Assembly (NCBI GenBank): GCA_043743535.1
Contig: JAYTWI010000002.1
Span: 1 to 63,837 of the forward strand
Origin: Candidatus Moraniibacteriota bacterium
Lineage (GTDB): Bacteria > Patescibacteriota > Minisyncoccia > Moranbacterales > UBA1568
Reading direction: 5' to 3'
Length of the DNA stretch: 63,837 nucleotides
In this document: positions 45,835-55,934 of the stretch, one piece after another
Layout: each line of letters opens with the position of its first letter
Numbering within the stretch: position 1 is the first letter of the stretch
Program-made: the position numbers and the translations under genes
The notes under the pieces: generated by a model
Told to the model about the DNA's origin: nothing
What the model saw: the letters and a program-made list of their open reading frames with translations, nothing else
Database searches by the model: none

Positions 45835-47043
45835 TTATTTCTCCAACGGTATCGGCAGAGGAGCCGAAGCATCAGGCGTAGTTTGCACCTGACCCTGAAA
45901 GGTCGGTACCACTGTTAGTACTACGAGCTGAGCATTAACTGTATGGCAGATATGTCCAGCACTGTGTTCTCCCCACACCGTACTATTCATATAATCAGGG
46001 GCGCCAATCTGAGAAGGTGTTGGCAAAGCAAAAGTGGCACACAATTCAAACTCGCCCACTTTCCCAGCCCCCTCGATGCGCTCGAGTGTCACCACGCGAT
46101 ATTCATAGACGGCTCGTGTCTCTGGATCCAGCATCGAAGACGCACAATAACTGTACTGACTCGATTGACTCAGATCTTTAAGATTTTTCGGTAACGCCCC
46201 GAGGTCGCGTGCATAATTCTCCACACAGGTGGAAAGCGTCGAAAGGTTTTCGGCTCGCGTCCGATCAAAAGTGCGATTGCGTTCAGTTGTCGGCGATCCG
46301 CCAACAACAAAGCCCAAAACCACTCCGACCACAACCAACCCCATCATTCCTTGTCCCAATATTTGGAAAATCCTTTGTGGGATATCGATATGATACTGGA
46401 TTTTCCGCCGTTCCATGTAGTAGAAACCAAAGATCCAGCAGGCGATAACCAGGATTGTTAGAGCCTTGAGAAAAAAGCGTACTGTGACTTCACCCTGAAG
46501 AAGAGTGAAGACCACCGTGATGAGATCCCCTACCATCGTCACAGCCGTCATCAAAAGCACCAGATAGGTCAGCCACTTCGATAGTTTCGATTCCGTCCGT
46601 CCTTCATCCTCACGAAATTTGCGAAACCATAGTCGCATGGCAAAATAGTAGAGCGGGAAAGCAATCACCAGGGCAGCGATGGCATAATGAATACTGCTTG
46701 TAGCTGCATCCCCACTGTAAAGATAAGTCCTATCAAGCAGATCTGGGAAAGAGATATTAATGACTTCGAAAAAGAGCGTCCCTAGGGCGCTCGCGCTGAT
46801 GCCGAGCAAGATAAAAGAAAAGAAATTGATAACCACGTCCACGGTGGATGACTTGCGAGACAGCGTCGGGCGATTACCTTCAGTCGGTACTGGCACACCG
46901 GTCGCTATGAGTCCAGCCCGATAGCCGACTTCTGCTTCTTCTTCTGTCCAACCTACTGCCAAGAGTTCTTCTCTCACCTCTGCCCTGCCAACCCCGGCTC
47001 GGATGCGGCTCCCCACATACTCCGCCATAGTACCCGTTCCCAT
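45835..47043 (-). CDS. Multi-pass membrane protein with soluble N- and C-terminal domains (possibly DUF5671-like)
   Basis: 402 aa with about six TM helices and a Cys-containing C-terminal domain. The family call is tentative. Confidence 0.55.
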   Translation of the reverse strand: MGTGTMAEYVGSRIRAGVGRAEVREELLAVGWTEEEAEVGYRAGLIATGVPVPTEGNRPTLSRKSSTVDVVINFFSFILLGISASALGTLFFEVINISFPDLLDRTYLYSGDAATSSIHYAIAALVIAFPLYYFAMRLWFRKFREDEGRTESKLSKWLTYLVLLMTAVTMVGDLITVVFTLLQGEVTVRFFLKALTILVIACWIFGFYYMERRKIQYHIDIPQRIFQILGQGMMGLVVVGVVLGFVVGGSPTTERNRTFDRTRAENLSTLSTCVENYARDLGALPKNLKDLSQSSQYSYCASSMLDPETRAVYEYRVVTLERIEGAGKVGEFELCATFALPTPSQIGAPDYMNSTVWGEHSAGHICHTVNAQLVVLTVVPTFQGQVQTTPDASAPLPIPLEK

Positions 47044-47089
47044 AAGAAAAATATTAAATGGTTACCTCAATACTCATATAGTATACACC

Positions 47090-47120
47090 CAAATAAAAAC
47101 CAGTCTACCAAAGGCTGGTT
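47090..47120 (-). terminator. Intrinsic terminator after the GlsB/YeaQ-like gene
   Basis: Stem aaccag / ctggtt, followed on the minus strand by TTTTTATTT. Confidence 0.5.
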
Positions 47121-47138
47121 AATGAAACGTTCTGTTCC

Positions 47139-47387
47139 TTACCGCCGGAAAGCTCCGACAATCACGATGAGGATAACCGCCCCTAACACGGCCACCGAGA
47201 AGCTATACAGGTTGAAACCGGTCACTCCGGTCTGCCCCAGAAGGCTCATGACATAGCCACCAATGACTGCCCCGATGATACCGACGACGACATTGAGCAC
47301 GATGCCCTGACGAGCGTCCCTCCCCATCAGCATCGAAGCTACCCAGCCGGCCAAACCTCCAAAAATAATCCAAGCGAGAATACCCAT
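47139..47387 (-). CDS. GlsB/YeaQ/YmgE-family small membrane protein
   Basis: MGILAWIIFGGLAGWVASMLMGRD ... VVGIIGAVIGGY, a typical transglycosylase-associated-type sequence. Confidence 0.8.
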   Translation of the reverse strand: MGILAWIIFGGLAGWVASMLMGRDARQGIVLNVVVGIIGAVIGGYVMSLLGQTGVTGFNLYSFSVAVLGAVILIVIVGAFRR

Positions 47388-47438
47388 ATGATTGAAATAA
47401 CAAAATTATACAACTGGATTGAAATAGTACGCTAAACG

Positions 47439-48605
47439 CTACTGCTTTTCTAGGGTGATGGAGACGATTTCAGGGATATTGCCGATACGCATGGCTGGAC
47501 CCCAAGTACCGACACCGTTCGAGGTATAGAGCGTATAGGCGCCCATCGGATACAAGCCGTAGTCAAATCCTTGGTACAGGAGGCGGGTGATGAGACCGAA
47601 GGGGTACATTTGACCCTTGTGAGTGTGGCCAGCGAGCTGCAGGTTGATACCGGCCGCGGCAAAGTCACGTATATGGGTCGGGGAATGAAAAAGGAGAATG
47701 TTGGGCTGGCCGAGATACTGTGGTTTCAATTTTTCCAGTGTATTAAGCACTACGCTGGTCGGCGTACCACGCTCGGGATAGGACAGGCCGATTACTTTCA
47801 ACCCCCGCACATCCACGACGGCATCATCTAGGATATGCACCTTAGTTTTTCCCAAAGCGGAGAAAACCTCTTGCAAGCCCAAATAGGTTTCGTGATTGCC
47901 GGTGATGAAATAGGCGCCCAACGGTGCTTCTATCTCATCGAGTGGCTCGACCAAGGTATCGAGGTGCCCATCCATCCCATCGAAGAGATCTCCGGTGATG
48001 AGTACCATTTCTGGATGTACGCTGTTTGTCTGTGCAATCACTCGAGTAAGCCACGGCGCCCGATAGATAGCCCCCAGGTGAACATCCGTCAACTGCACCA
48101 CCTTTTTTCCCCGCCATGCCTCTGGCAGTCCCGGGATACGGACGGTAATCTCACGGATACGTGGATGAAAGGCGTTGTAGCTCCCCCACACCGAGACGAG
48201 GAAAGCTACTACCGACACTAAAGTCCCCATCACTGCCCGTGGCAGTTCCCAGCCAACAATGTGTGTCACCAAAGAGAGAAGCCATGCCGCGGACAGAAGT
48301 AAAATGAGATTGGTCAGCATCCCTAGCCAAAAACCAGAGAGATAATAGTAGAGCCGGGTGAGCGGATTCTCATGCCAATGAATGATGAGCGAGGCGGTGA
48401 TAAAACTGACACTCAAAAAAATGAGTACCTCAATCAAGGAATTTCTACCTTGAGCAACCACCTCCGGAAAAAAATAAATGATACCCTGATAGAGTACGAA
48501 GTGTGCCCCAAAAAGAATGACCAAAGCCACCACGATAAACCCAACCATTTTAATAAGAAAAATCATAATAACGTTTCCTATTCTAACATAAAAAGAAAGA
48601 ACCAA
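47439..48605 (-). CDS. Membrane-anchored metallophosphoesterase (YkuE-like)
   Basis: N-terminal TM helices followed by the motifs DVHLG, GDLFDG, GNHE and GHTHKGQ. Confidence 0.8.
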   Translation of the reverse strand: MVLSFYVRIGNVIMIFLIKMVGFIVVALVILFGAHFVLYQGIIYFFPEVVAQGRNSLIEVLIFLSVSFITASLIIHWHENPLTRLYYYLSGFWLGMLTNLILLLSAAWLLSLVTHIVGWELPRAVMGTLVSVVAFLVSVWGSYNAFHPRIREITVRIPGLPEAWRGKKVVQLTDVHLGAIYRAPWLTRVIAQTNSVHPEMVLITGDLFDGMDGHLDTLVEPLDEIEAPLGAYFITGNHETYLGLQEVFSALGKTKVHILDDAVVDVRGLKVIGLSYPERGTPTSVVLNTLEKLKPQYLGQPNILLFHSPTHIRDFAAAGINLQLAGHTHKGQMYPFGLITRLLYQGFDYGLYPMGAYTLYTSNGVGTWGPAMRIGNIPEIVSITLEKQ

Positions 48606-48626
48606 CTGAAAAGTTGGTGCGAAAAT

Positions 48627-48833
48627 TTAGGATTTGGACTTCTTTTTCTGGTGACCGACGTTTTTGATGCCGCGGTTTTTCACTTGTCCTTCCAGCCGAT
48701 GGGCTTCGTACATTGTCTTCGAGCCCTTCTTGTAGGCGATTTGCTCGGTTACAAGCTTCTTCAGCCCCGGGTCGTTCTCCTTGGCGTTCGGCTCTTTTTT
48801 AATAATCATATTGGCACTATTATATGGTTTCAC
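48627..48833 (-). CDS. Small basic hypothetical protein
   Basis: 68-aa ORF with a Lys-rich C-terminus. No family recognised. Confidence 0.35.
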   Translation of the reverse strand: MKPYNSANMIIKKEPNAKENDPGLKKLVTEQIAYKKGSKTMYEAHRLEGQVKNRGIKNVGHQKKKSKS

Positions 48834-48881
48834 TCTTTCACTCGTAGTCTACTCCCCTTTGCCACCTTTTTCAAACGGCCA

Positions 48882-49163
48882 TCAAAAAGGCTGCGATTGT
48901 ATGAGGAGGTACAAGGTAGCGAGGTTTTGCACAAGCGCGAGCGGAATACCGAGCAAGAAATACCACTTTCTCGTCTTGTGCCGAAAAGCGAACATCCCGA
49001 GGTAGACGCCGATACTCCCGAAGAGAATAGCCATGAAAAAGAGCATCCCTTCTGAAATACGCTCCGCCCCAGCTACCCGCGAGCGCGATTTGTCAAGCAG
49101 CATCAAAAGAAATGCTGCCACATTGATAGCAAAATAGAGAAAAACCAGCGGATGATACAACAT
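48882..49163 (-). CDS. DUF1294-family small membrane protein
   Basis: LDKSRSRVAGAERISEGML ... MFAFRHKTRKWYF matches my memory of the DUF1294 signature. Confidence 0.7.
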   Translation of the reverse strand: MLYHPLVFLYFAINVAAFLLMLLDKSRSRVAGAERISEGMLFFMAILFGSIGVYLGMFAFRHKTRKWYFLLGIPLALVQNLATLYLLIQSQPF

Positions 49164-49168
49164 AAAGA

Positions 49169-49609
49169 TTATTCCAAAATAAGTCGGCGCGCCTTACGCA
49201 TCACGGCTAATGGATCAGTCTTCCACACGTCCGACACGTCGGCATACAGTTCCAGTTCGTTGCCATCAGGATCGAGGATGTAGAGCGAATGCGTAACATG
49301 ATGGTCAGTCGCTCCGATGATGGTCACGCCTTTTTCTTTCAGTTCGCGATAGACAGCCTGCAGTGCTTCGGCGCCATCGCCAACTTTAAGGCCGATATGA
49401 TAGAGCCCTGGTTCAAGAGAGGTTCTGTGTTTCGCTTCACCACCAATCTCTAGAAGCAATAGTTCGTGATGAGTGCGCCCCGAAGAAAAGATGGCGTAAC
49501 CCGCCCCACGTAACAGCTCGTGAAACCCCAATGTATCACGATAAAAATCCGCCACCTTCTTTATGCTTGTCACATAGAGCACGACGTGCCCCAGTTCTTT
49601 TATTTCCAT
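49169..49609 (-). CDS. VOC-family protein (glyoxalase/bleomycin resistance/dioxygenase fold)
   Basis: LGHVVLYV ... HHELLLLE ... LYHIGLKV ... LYILDPDGNELELY. Confidence 0.8.
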   Translation of the reverse strand: MEIKELGHVVLYVTSIKKVADFYRDTLGFHELLRGAGYAIFSSGRTHHELLLLEIGGEAKHRTSLEPGLYHIGLKVGDGAEALQAVYRELKEKGVTIIGATDHHVTHSLYILDPDGNELELYADVSDVWKTDPLAVMRKARRLILE

Positions 49610-49624
49610 ACTTAGCAGTATACC

Positions 49625-51190
49625 CTATAATAATTCCAACTTCTTCAAACGTGAGCGCACCCCGCCCGGCTGACGGCCGAGCATCGCGGCAATTTCCTTG
49701 ACCGGCAGATCTTCATCGAAAAGCGCACGCAGTCTTTTTTCCTCCGCCGGTTCCCATGATCGATAGGCGTTGACATACTTTTCCCGCAGCGCATCTACTG
49801 ACCACACCCCTTTCTGCTCTTCCATCTTTGCTGCTTGTTTCGTTTTCTTTGGTACCTTTTCTTTTTTTACTTTACCACCACAACGCACGATGAAATTCTT
49901 TTCCAATTCCCCGAGCCGTTCCTCTCCTAGTTTGAGCCATTCTCTTTCTGCTGAAAGTGCCGCATGACGAAATTCTTTATCTTTGGTCAAAACAATGGGA
50001 TGCACCTCGAGCGCCCGCTTATTGATACCAAGCAAATAGATTCCCGAGAGTCGGCGCACCCGCGAAAGCGCCACGTAGCCTTGACCATATTCAAACGTCT
50101 GCGACAAATCCATCACTGCTGCATCGAGACTCACTCCCTGGCTTTTGTGGATAGTCATCGCCCAGGCCAGTTTGAGCGGCAACTGGGTAATCTTTGCCAA
50201 CACTTCATCTCCTTCGGCAATATTCCACTCCATCGGTTCGAGAAGAATACGCCGACCATTAGACGTTTCCACCAGCGGATACTGCCGTACATTGTCAAAA
50301 CCAATAACTGTCCCAAGTGTACCATTGACGTATCCTTGCTGCGGATTATTCTTGGTGAACATCACCACCGCCCCCTCGCGCAATTCCAAACGCTCCGGTG
50401 ACAGACAGCCGCGTATCAGAGCATCCGTCAAGGTGGCCGGCCCACGAGTAGCCATCAAAAAAACCCGGCTCTTACCTCTGAGCTTTTTTAGTTCCGCGCT
50501 GTTGATCGTATCGACGTTTTTGTTATGAGAAAAAAGACGTGTCATATCATCCGGCAGTTCTCCTAGCGAAATGAGGCGCTCGCGGATCACTTCTTCGTGC
50601 GTTTCATCGCATTCATTGTGTCTGATAGCAGTGAGGAGACCGAGGAGCACCATATCTTCCTGACGGTACTGCTCCGTCAAGTAACACACCTGGAGATTAA
50701 GTAGGTCCCAGGCTTCTGCGTCGAAAGCAAACTCTGCGGTCGTGCCACGAGCGGCTACCGGCGGCAACTGAAAAAAGTCCCCTACCAACACCACCTGTAG
50801 TCCACCGAATGGTAACTGTGATTTGCGCACTTTGCGACACACGCGCTCCACCAGAGAAAGAATAGTGCCATCGAGCATCGACACCTCATCAATGATGAGC
50901 ACCTTGACATTTTGGATACGTTTGGCGGCGTAACGGTTTTCGGCGATGTGTTTGACAGTGTCCGAATCAAGCGTCGACTGTACCCCGATACCACTCCACG
51001 AATGGATAGTCATGCCGTTTATATGAGTAGCCGCGATACCAGTCGAGGCCGTGACAGCATAGTCAATCTCGTGCTCACGCAGGTAAGCCGTGTATTGATT
51101 GATGGTATGGGTTTTCCCTGAACCAGCCTCCCCAGTCAAGAAAACATTAGTTCCAGTTTTGAGAATAGCCAGCGCTTGTTTTTGAGTCAT
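49625..51190 (-). CDS. Pif1/RecD-like SF1 DNA helicase with a C-terminal helix-turn-helix tail
   Basis: FLTGEAGSGKTH Walker A, LIIDEVSML Walker B, and TIHKSQG. C-terminal tail VKEIAAMLGRQPGGVRSRLKKL. Confidence 0.85.
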   Translation of the reverse strand: MTQKQALAILKTGTNVFLTGEAGSGKTHTINQYTAYLREHEIDYAVTASTGIAATHINGMTIHSWSGIGVQSTLDSDTVKHIAENRYAAKRIQNVKVLIIDEVSMLDGTILSLVERVCRKVRKSQLPFGGLQVVLVGDFFQLPPVAARGTTAEFAFDAEAWDLLNLQVCYLTEQYRQEDMVLLGLLTAIRHNECDETHEEVIRERLISLGELPDDMTRLFSHNKNVDTINSAELKKLRGKSRVFLMATRGPATLTDALIRGCLSPERLELREGAVVMFTKNNPQQGYVNGTLGTVIGFDNVRQYPLVETSNGRRILLEPMEWNIAEGDEVLAKITQLPLKLAWAMTIHKSQGVSLDAAVMDLSQTFEYGQGYVALSRVRRLSGIYLLGINKRALEVHPIVLTKDKEFRHAALSAEREWLKLGEERLGELEKNFIVRCGGKVKKEKVPKKTKQAAKMEEQKGVWSVDALREKYVNAYRSWEPAEEKRLRALFDEDLPVKEIAAMLGRQPGGVRSRLKKLELL

Positions 51191-51224
51191 ACCCCCTATC
51201 TTACCATTTCTCTTACTCCCACCG

Positions 51225-51266
51225 CAAAAAAAGAAAAACGGACGAGAACCAATAGGCTATCGTCCG
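51225..51266 (-). terminator. Intrinsic terminator of the PurM-like gene
   Basis: Stem cggacga / tcgtccg with a 14-nt loop, followed on the minus strand by TTTTTCTTTTTTT. Confidence 0.6.
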
Positions 51267-51292
51267 ATACATACTGCAAACAGCGCTCACCT

Positions 51293-52429
51293 TCAGCGAT
51301 AAATCACCCTGGATCCATCGAAACGCGACGTGAGACCGACCGCGTAGCCCTGGTTGGAAACGATACGGCCAGCCACCTGCATGTCGATACCTGCACGTTT
51401 GGCGTGAGCAGAGACGATATCAACATCTTTCTGGTCAACCACGATGAGCGCCCCCTGGCCGCCGTTCCAGGTCTGGTAGCAAGCTGTGGAATCCATACCG
51501 CGCCACTCGGCACACTGGCGCATGATGGTGGGCGGCTCGAACAGATTGGGAAGTTCGGCAGTGAGCTCTAAAGGCCGGAGCAAGTCGCCAAGCTTGCTCT
51601 CGAAAGCACCACCAGAGAGATGGACCACGAGATGGAGCTTCACCAGCGGTGTGAGTTGCGTATCGAACCAGCCATGCAGGCGATTGATTAGTCGGTCGTA
51701 CTGCACCGACGGCGTAGCGCACTGTTTGATGGCGTCACTTGCCTTGGGGTTATTCCACCACTCTGAGCCAAATTGCAGCGCCAAGGCTTTGCGCACCGAA
51801 CTCAGGCCATTAGCGCGGAACATGTCGCGAAACACGATAACCACCTGACCGGGCGCGAGGGTATCGCCGAGAATCATTTTGTCCGGGTGGTACACCCCTG
51901 TCATGCAACCGCCCCAATTGAAACGAACGGAAGCACCGGGGTTTTCGGATCCGACGCACACGCCGAGCTCGGCCGTCTCGCCGGTCAAGAGCACATACCC
52001 ATGCTGATCGGCCAGTTGAGAAAGGCCGAGCATCATCCGCTGGCAATTCTGGTAAGTCTTGGAGTCAACTTCACCCAGGGTGCCGACATCAAAGATATTC
52101 TTAAATACGAGCGGGAAACCGCCCCAGCGGGTGATGTCCATGGCACACATGGCCACCACATCGTAAGCAGCAGTGGCATAGGAACGCGCTGCATCGATGA
52201 TGACAGTTTTGGTACCGATGCCGTCCATCACGCTCGTGAGCAGGCATCTATCTGGCAGGCCGACAGGTCGCCAACCACGTGGACCACGAAAATTGCCACG
52301 GGACAAGTCGGTAACCCTCACAAAGGGTGAATTCTGGTAACTCCCGACACACAACCCACCAACGTAGGCACTGAAGGCGTCACCGGCGGAAATGTTGACG
52401 CCGTCTTGCTGATAAAGATCGATTGCCAT
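51293..52429 (-). CDS. PurM-like (AIR synthase superfamily) protein, orphan
   Basis: MDGIGTK (compare PurM DGVGTK), DVVAMCAMD, TGETAEL and HLSGGAF. Colinear with PurM over the full length. Start moved to the ATG preceded by AGGAG at 8 nt. Lies in a G+C-rich patch. Confidence 0.8.
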   Translation of the reverse strand: MAIDLYQQDGVNISAGDAFSAYVGGLCVGSYQNSPFVRVTDLSRGNFRGPRGWRPVGLPDRCLLTSVMDGIGTKTVIIDAARSYATAAYDVVAMCAMDITRWGGFPLVFKNIFDVGTLGEVDSKTYQNCQRMMLGLSQLADQHGYVLLTGETAELGVCVGSENPGASVRFNWGGCMTGVYHPDKMILGDTLAPGQVVIVFRDMFRANGLSSVRKALALQFGSEWWNNPKASDAIKQCATPSVQYDRLINRLHGWFDTQLTPLVKLHLVVHLSGGAFESKLGDLLRPLELTAELPNLFEPPTIMRQCAEWRGMDSTACYQTWNGGQGALIVVDQKDVDIVSAHAKRAGIDMQVAGRIVSNQGYAVGLTSRFDGSRVIYR

Positions 52430-52585
52430 TTTCAATACTCCTAATTGCTGCACACTTGGAAATCTGCCAAGCCAGAAAAACCAGAAAGAATACGGCCTCT
52501 TTGTTCTTTTTTAAACGAACAATCCATTATCCTCTTTCACAGGATTTTTGTAAAGAGACACTAAAATATATGGACGAGCCGCAAT

Positions 52586-52622
52586 AATAAAAAAAGAGTT
52601 CACTGCATCGCGTGCAGCAAAC
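52586..52622 (-). terminator. Possible terminator between the 144-aa gene and the PurM-like gene
   Basis: Stem ctgca / tgcag plus three outer pairs, followed on the minus strand by CTCTTTTTTTTATT. Confidence 0.45.
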
Positions 52623-52637
52623 CCAAAAAATCAATCA

Positions 52638-53072
52638 TCACTTGTCGTGGAAACGACGGCTGCCAGTGTAGAGCTTTCCCGCCAACCCGCCGTTGACACT
52701 CGTATCAGCAGGTACGAAATGAAACGTCTGCCGCCACCAGCCGGGCTTACCTTCAATGCGATATTTCACTTCGATCGAAGCGCCAGAACGTTCCTGAACA
52801 CCACGACTGAGGTGAAAGTCGATCACTCGCACACTCTGGTACAAGCGCTCGGCGGCATTTGAGTTCAAATCGGAACCGCCGTGGTGATGGTGGAGAATAA
52901 TCCGCATGACCTTTTCGGCGACTGTGGCGCGGAAAGTGACAAAAGAAAACTTTCGCTTCTTGCCAGCCCTACGGGGCGTACTGTCTCTCAGACGAAAGAA
53001 GTATTCCACCTCTCTTTCATCGAAGGTGAGCGGTACGCCCACAATGCTCGGGGAAACCGTAATTGCGCGCAT
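52638..53072 (-). CDS. Hypothetical protein (144 aa) in the same G+C-rich patch
   Basis: ATG preceded by AGGAGG. Contains an HHHHGG run. No family recognised. Confidence 0.6.
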   Translation of the reverse strand: MRAITVSPSIVGVPLTFDEREVEYFFRLRDSTPRRAGKKRKFSFVTFRATVAEKVMRIILHHHHGGSDLNSNAAERLYQSVRVIDFHLSRGVQERSGASIEVKYRIEGKPGWWRQTFHFVPADTSVNGGLAGKLYTGSRRFHDK

Positions 53073-53256
53073 GATGCCCTCCTTCGGAGGTGGGATTGAA
53101 GAACCGCCTCAAGTCTAGATGGATTTTGGGGCTTCGTCAATACTCAGTGCTACTATGGTCCAAAGCGAAATATGCTCATTAACCCGCAAGGGAATTTCGT
53201 AAGCAAGGGGCAACGTATCAAAAGTGTCCCACGGCAACGAACGTGGGTCTTTTCCT

Positions 53257-55845
53257 TTACCTTTTTTTCAAGGCTTTTCGTAGATAGTGTCCGGTATAAG
53301 AGCCAGTCTTCACCGCTACTTCTTCCGGAGTGCCACAGGCCACAATCTTGCCCCCGCCTGCGCCGCCTTCGGGGCCGATGTCGATGACGTAGTCGGCTGA
53401 CTTAATCAAATCCATATTATGCTCAATGACCATCACCGTGTTACCTTTCACTACCAGCCGTTCCAGTATTTCAATCAATTTTTTCACGTCTTCATAGTGT
53501 AGTCCGATGGTCGGTTCATCGAGGAGGTAGATAGTGCGTTCAATGTGTTGGCGATACAGTTCTGATGAGATCTTTACCCGCTGGGCTTCGCCACCGGAAA
53601 GAGTGGTGGCTGACTGGCCGAGCTTGAGATAGCCCAAGCCCACTTCATTCAGTGTCTTCAACCGATCCGCAATGGCGGGAATATCTGCGAAAAAGGAAAA
53701 GGCTTCTTCGATAGTCATTTCCAATACTTGATAAATACTCTTGTGCTTATAGTGCACTTCTAGTGTCTCCTTGGTAAAACGCTTGCCGTCGCAAACGTCA
53801 CACTGTACGTAGACGGTAGGCAAGAAATGCATCTCCACCGCGATAAAACCATTACCCTCGCAGGTCTCGCAGCGTCCGCCGGGACGGTTGAAGGAAAAAC
53901 GTCCGGCCTTCCAACCGCGCACCCGCGCCTCCTCGCTGGCTGCGAACAAATCACGGATATGCGTAAAGGCTCCGGTATAGGTAGCCGGATTGGAACGTGG
54001 CGTACGTCCGATGGGACTCTGATCAATCATCACTACCCGCGATAAATATTCCGTACCGGTGATGGACTGACAATTATATACTTCCTTTGATTTATAGCGC
54101 CGATCGAAACGCCCTTGCAAATTCTTGTGAATAATTTCGTACAGTAAAGTCGATTTACCAGAGCCAGAAACACCGGTGATGACATTGAGTCGCCCCAGCG
54201 GGATATCCACGTTCATGTTCTCTATATTGAACAGGTTGCCGCCCCGGATTTTGAGCACCCCTTTTTCTTTGCTGCGACGATTTTCAGGAATAGCTACTCG
54301 TTCTTCGCCACGCAGATAGGAGAGTGTCAGCGACTGTGAGGGATTCCTGGGCGCGGATAGAAGATCGTCAAGGTAGCCTGATACCACCACTTCCCCGCCA
54401 TGCACCCCTGCTCCCGGACCGATATCAACGATATAGTCGCAGGCAAAAATAGTATCTTCGTCATGTTCCACAATAATGATAGTATTGCCCAGGTCACGAA
54501 GTGCCTCAAGCGTTTCAATCAACCGTTCGTTGTCGCGCTGATGCAAGCCAATCGTCGGTTCGTCCAAAACATAGAGTGCCCCCACCAGTTTCGAGCCCAA
54601 TTGACTGGCCAGACGAATACGTTGCGCCTCGCCGCCAGAGAGGGTGTTGGCTCGCCGATCAAGGGTCAAATAGTTGAGGCCGACATTGAGCAAAAACGAA
54701 AGCCGGCTGCCAATCTCGCGCAAAACCACCGAGGCAATCTCCCTCTCCCGGGCGGAAAGTGACAGTGAATCGAAAAAATCCTTGGCCTGACCGATCATTA
54801 ACCCGGCTACCTCGACGATATTTTTTCCCCCGATATAAATATGGAGTGCCTCCTCACGCAAACGGGAGCCATGGCACACCTCACAAGGTTCCTCACCAAA
54901 AAAATGTTTGGTGCCAAGTCCGTTACAACCCTCGCAGGCCCCATAAGGTGAATTGAAAGAAAAGAGCCGTGGTTCCACTTCCGGATAAGAGAAACCATCA
55001 TAGGGGCAAGAAAACTTAGCCGACAATACTAATTGTTCGGCTCCAATATGTACCTGTACCAGACCATCACTCTCTTCCAGTGCGCGCTGTACTGCTTCTG
55101 ACAAACGCTCACCAGAAGTCTCGGGGAACTTTTCGAATTCTTCCAGTGGTAATTCATCCACGATAAAGTCAATGTTGTGTTTCTTATTTTTTGACAAAAC
55201 AATCTGTTCCCGCAAACTCTTGCGCGCACCATCCAGAAAGATTTCCGAAAACCCCTTGCTCAAACCATTGTAGAGAAGCTGGTAGTATTCCCCTTTGCGA
55301 CCACGCACGACCGGTGCAGTGATGATCAGGCGCTCTTTCTTTTTCTTAGGCGTCGCCAAAGCCGCGATCACTTTCTTTTTCACAATCTCGAGCATTTCCT
55401 CAGGCGAAAGCTTTTGGATTTCCCGATCACACGTGAGACAGTGCGGCCTTCCCAAACGGGCATAGAGCACCCGACAGTAGTCATAGATTTCGGTCACCGT
55501 AGCTACCGTCGAGCGCGGATTGCGACTGGCTGATTTCTGATCGATCGAAATGGCAGGTGACAAACCGATAATCTCGTCTACATCTGGCTTCTGCATGGTA
55601 TTCAAAAATTGCCTGGCATAGGCCGAGAGCGATTCGACATAGCGACGCTGCCCCTCGGCAAAAATGGTATCGAAAGCCAAAGACGATTTACCAGAACCGG
55701 ACAAACCCGTAAAAACCACCATCGAGTTACGCGGCATCTCGACTGTGATATTTTTCAGGTTATGGGTACGCGCGCCCTTGACCACGATCATTTCTGATGG
55801 CAGAGAGAGAGAGGTAGCATTTTTTCGGATGTGTTTGGCGGACAT
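53257..55845 (-). CDS. uvrA: Excinuclease ABC subunit A, copy 2, lacking the insertion domain
   Basis: Both ABC modules are present ([14 protein letters not shown] / [12 protein letters not shown] and [11 protein letters not shown] / [11 protein letters not shown]), as is the canonical [15 protein letters not shown] segment. Only 9 aa lie between CEGCNGLG and CEVCHGSRL. Start moved to ATG (MSAKHIRK). Confidence 0.9.
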   Translation of the reverse strand: MSAKHIRKNATSLSLPSEMIVVKGARTHNLKNITVEMPRNSMVVFTGLSGSGKSSLAFDTIFAEGQRRYVESLSAYARQFLNTMQKPDVDEIIGLSPAISIDQKSASRNPRSTVATVTEIYDYCRVLYARLGRPHCLTCDREIQKLSPEEMLEIVKKKVIAALATPKKKKERLIITAPVVRGRKGEYYQLLYNGLSKGFSEIFLDGARKSLREQIVLSKNKKHNIDFIVDELPLEEFEKFPETSGERLSEAVQRALEESDGLVQVHIGAEQLVLSAKFSCPYDGFSYPEVEPRLFSFNSPYGACEGCNGLGTKHFFGEEPCEVCHGSRLREEALHIYIGGKNIVEVAGLMIGQAKDFFDSLSLSAREREIASVVLREIGSRLSFLLNVGLNYLTLDRRANTLSGGEAQRIRLASQLGSKLVGALYVLDEPTIGLHQRDNERLIETLEALRDLGNTIIIVEHDEDTIFACDYIVDIGPGAGVHGGEVVVSGYLDDLLSAPRNPSQSLTLSYLRGEERVAIPENRRSKEKGVLKIRGGNLFNIENMNVDIPLGRLNVITGVSGSGKSTLLYEIIHKNLQGRFDRRYKSKEVYNCQSITGTEYLSRVVMIDQSPIGRTPRSNPATYTGAFTHIRDLFAASEEARVRGWKAGRFSFNRPGGRCETCEGNGFIAVEMHFLPTVYVQCDVCDGKRFTKETLEVHYKHKSIYQVLEMTIEEAFSFFADIPAIADRLKTLNEVGLGYLKLGQSATTLSGGEAQRVKISSELYRQHIERTIYLLDEPTIGLHYEDVKKLIEILERLVVKGNTVMVIEHNMDLIKSADYVIDIGPEGGAGGGKIVACGTPEEVAVKTGSYTGHYLRKALKKR

Positions 55846-55934
55846 ACTCAGTGAAAATAGGTAAAGAAACGGAAAGCCAGTATAGCCCAAAAAGGCCAAA
55901 CTATCAAGAGAACAGAGTTGCTCTCAGCAATCAA

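Noticed and set aside
48372-49055. 227-aa plus-strand ORF
   Set aside because: It is antisense to three well-supported minus-strand genes (metallophosphoesterase, small basic protein, DUF1294 protein).
51304-52330. Multiple ORFs in other frames across the PurM-like gene
   Set aside because: They are G+C-rich shadow frames. Only the 51293-52429 minus frame aligns with PurM motifs.
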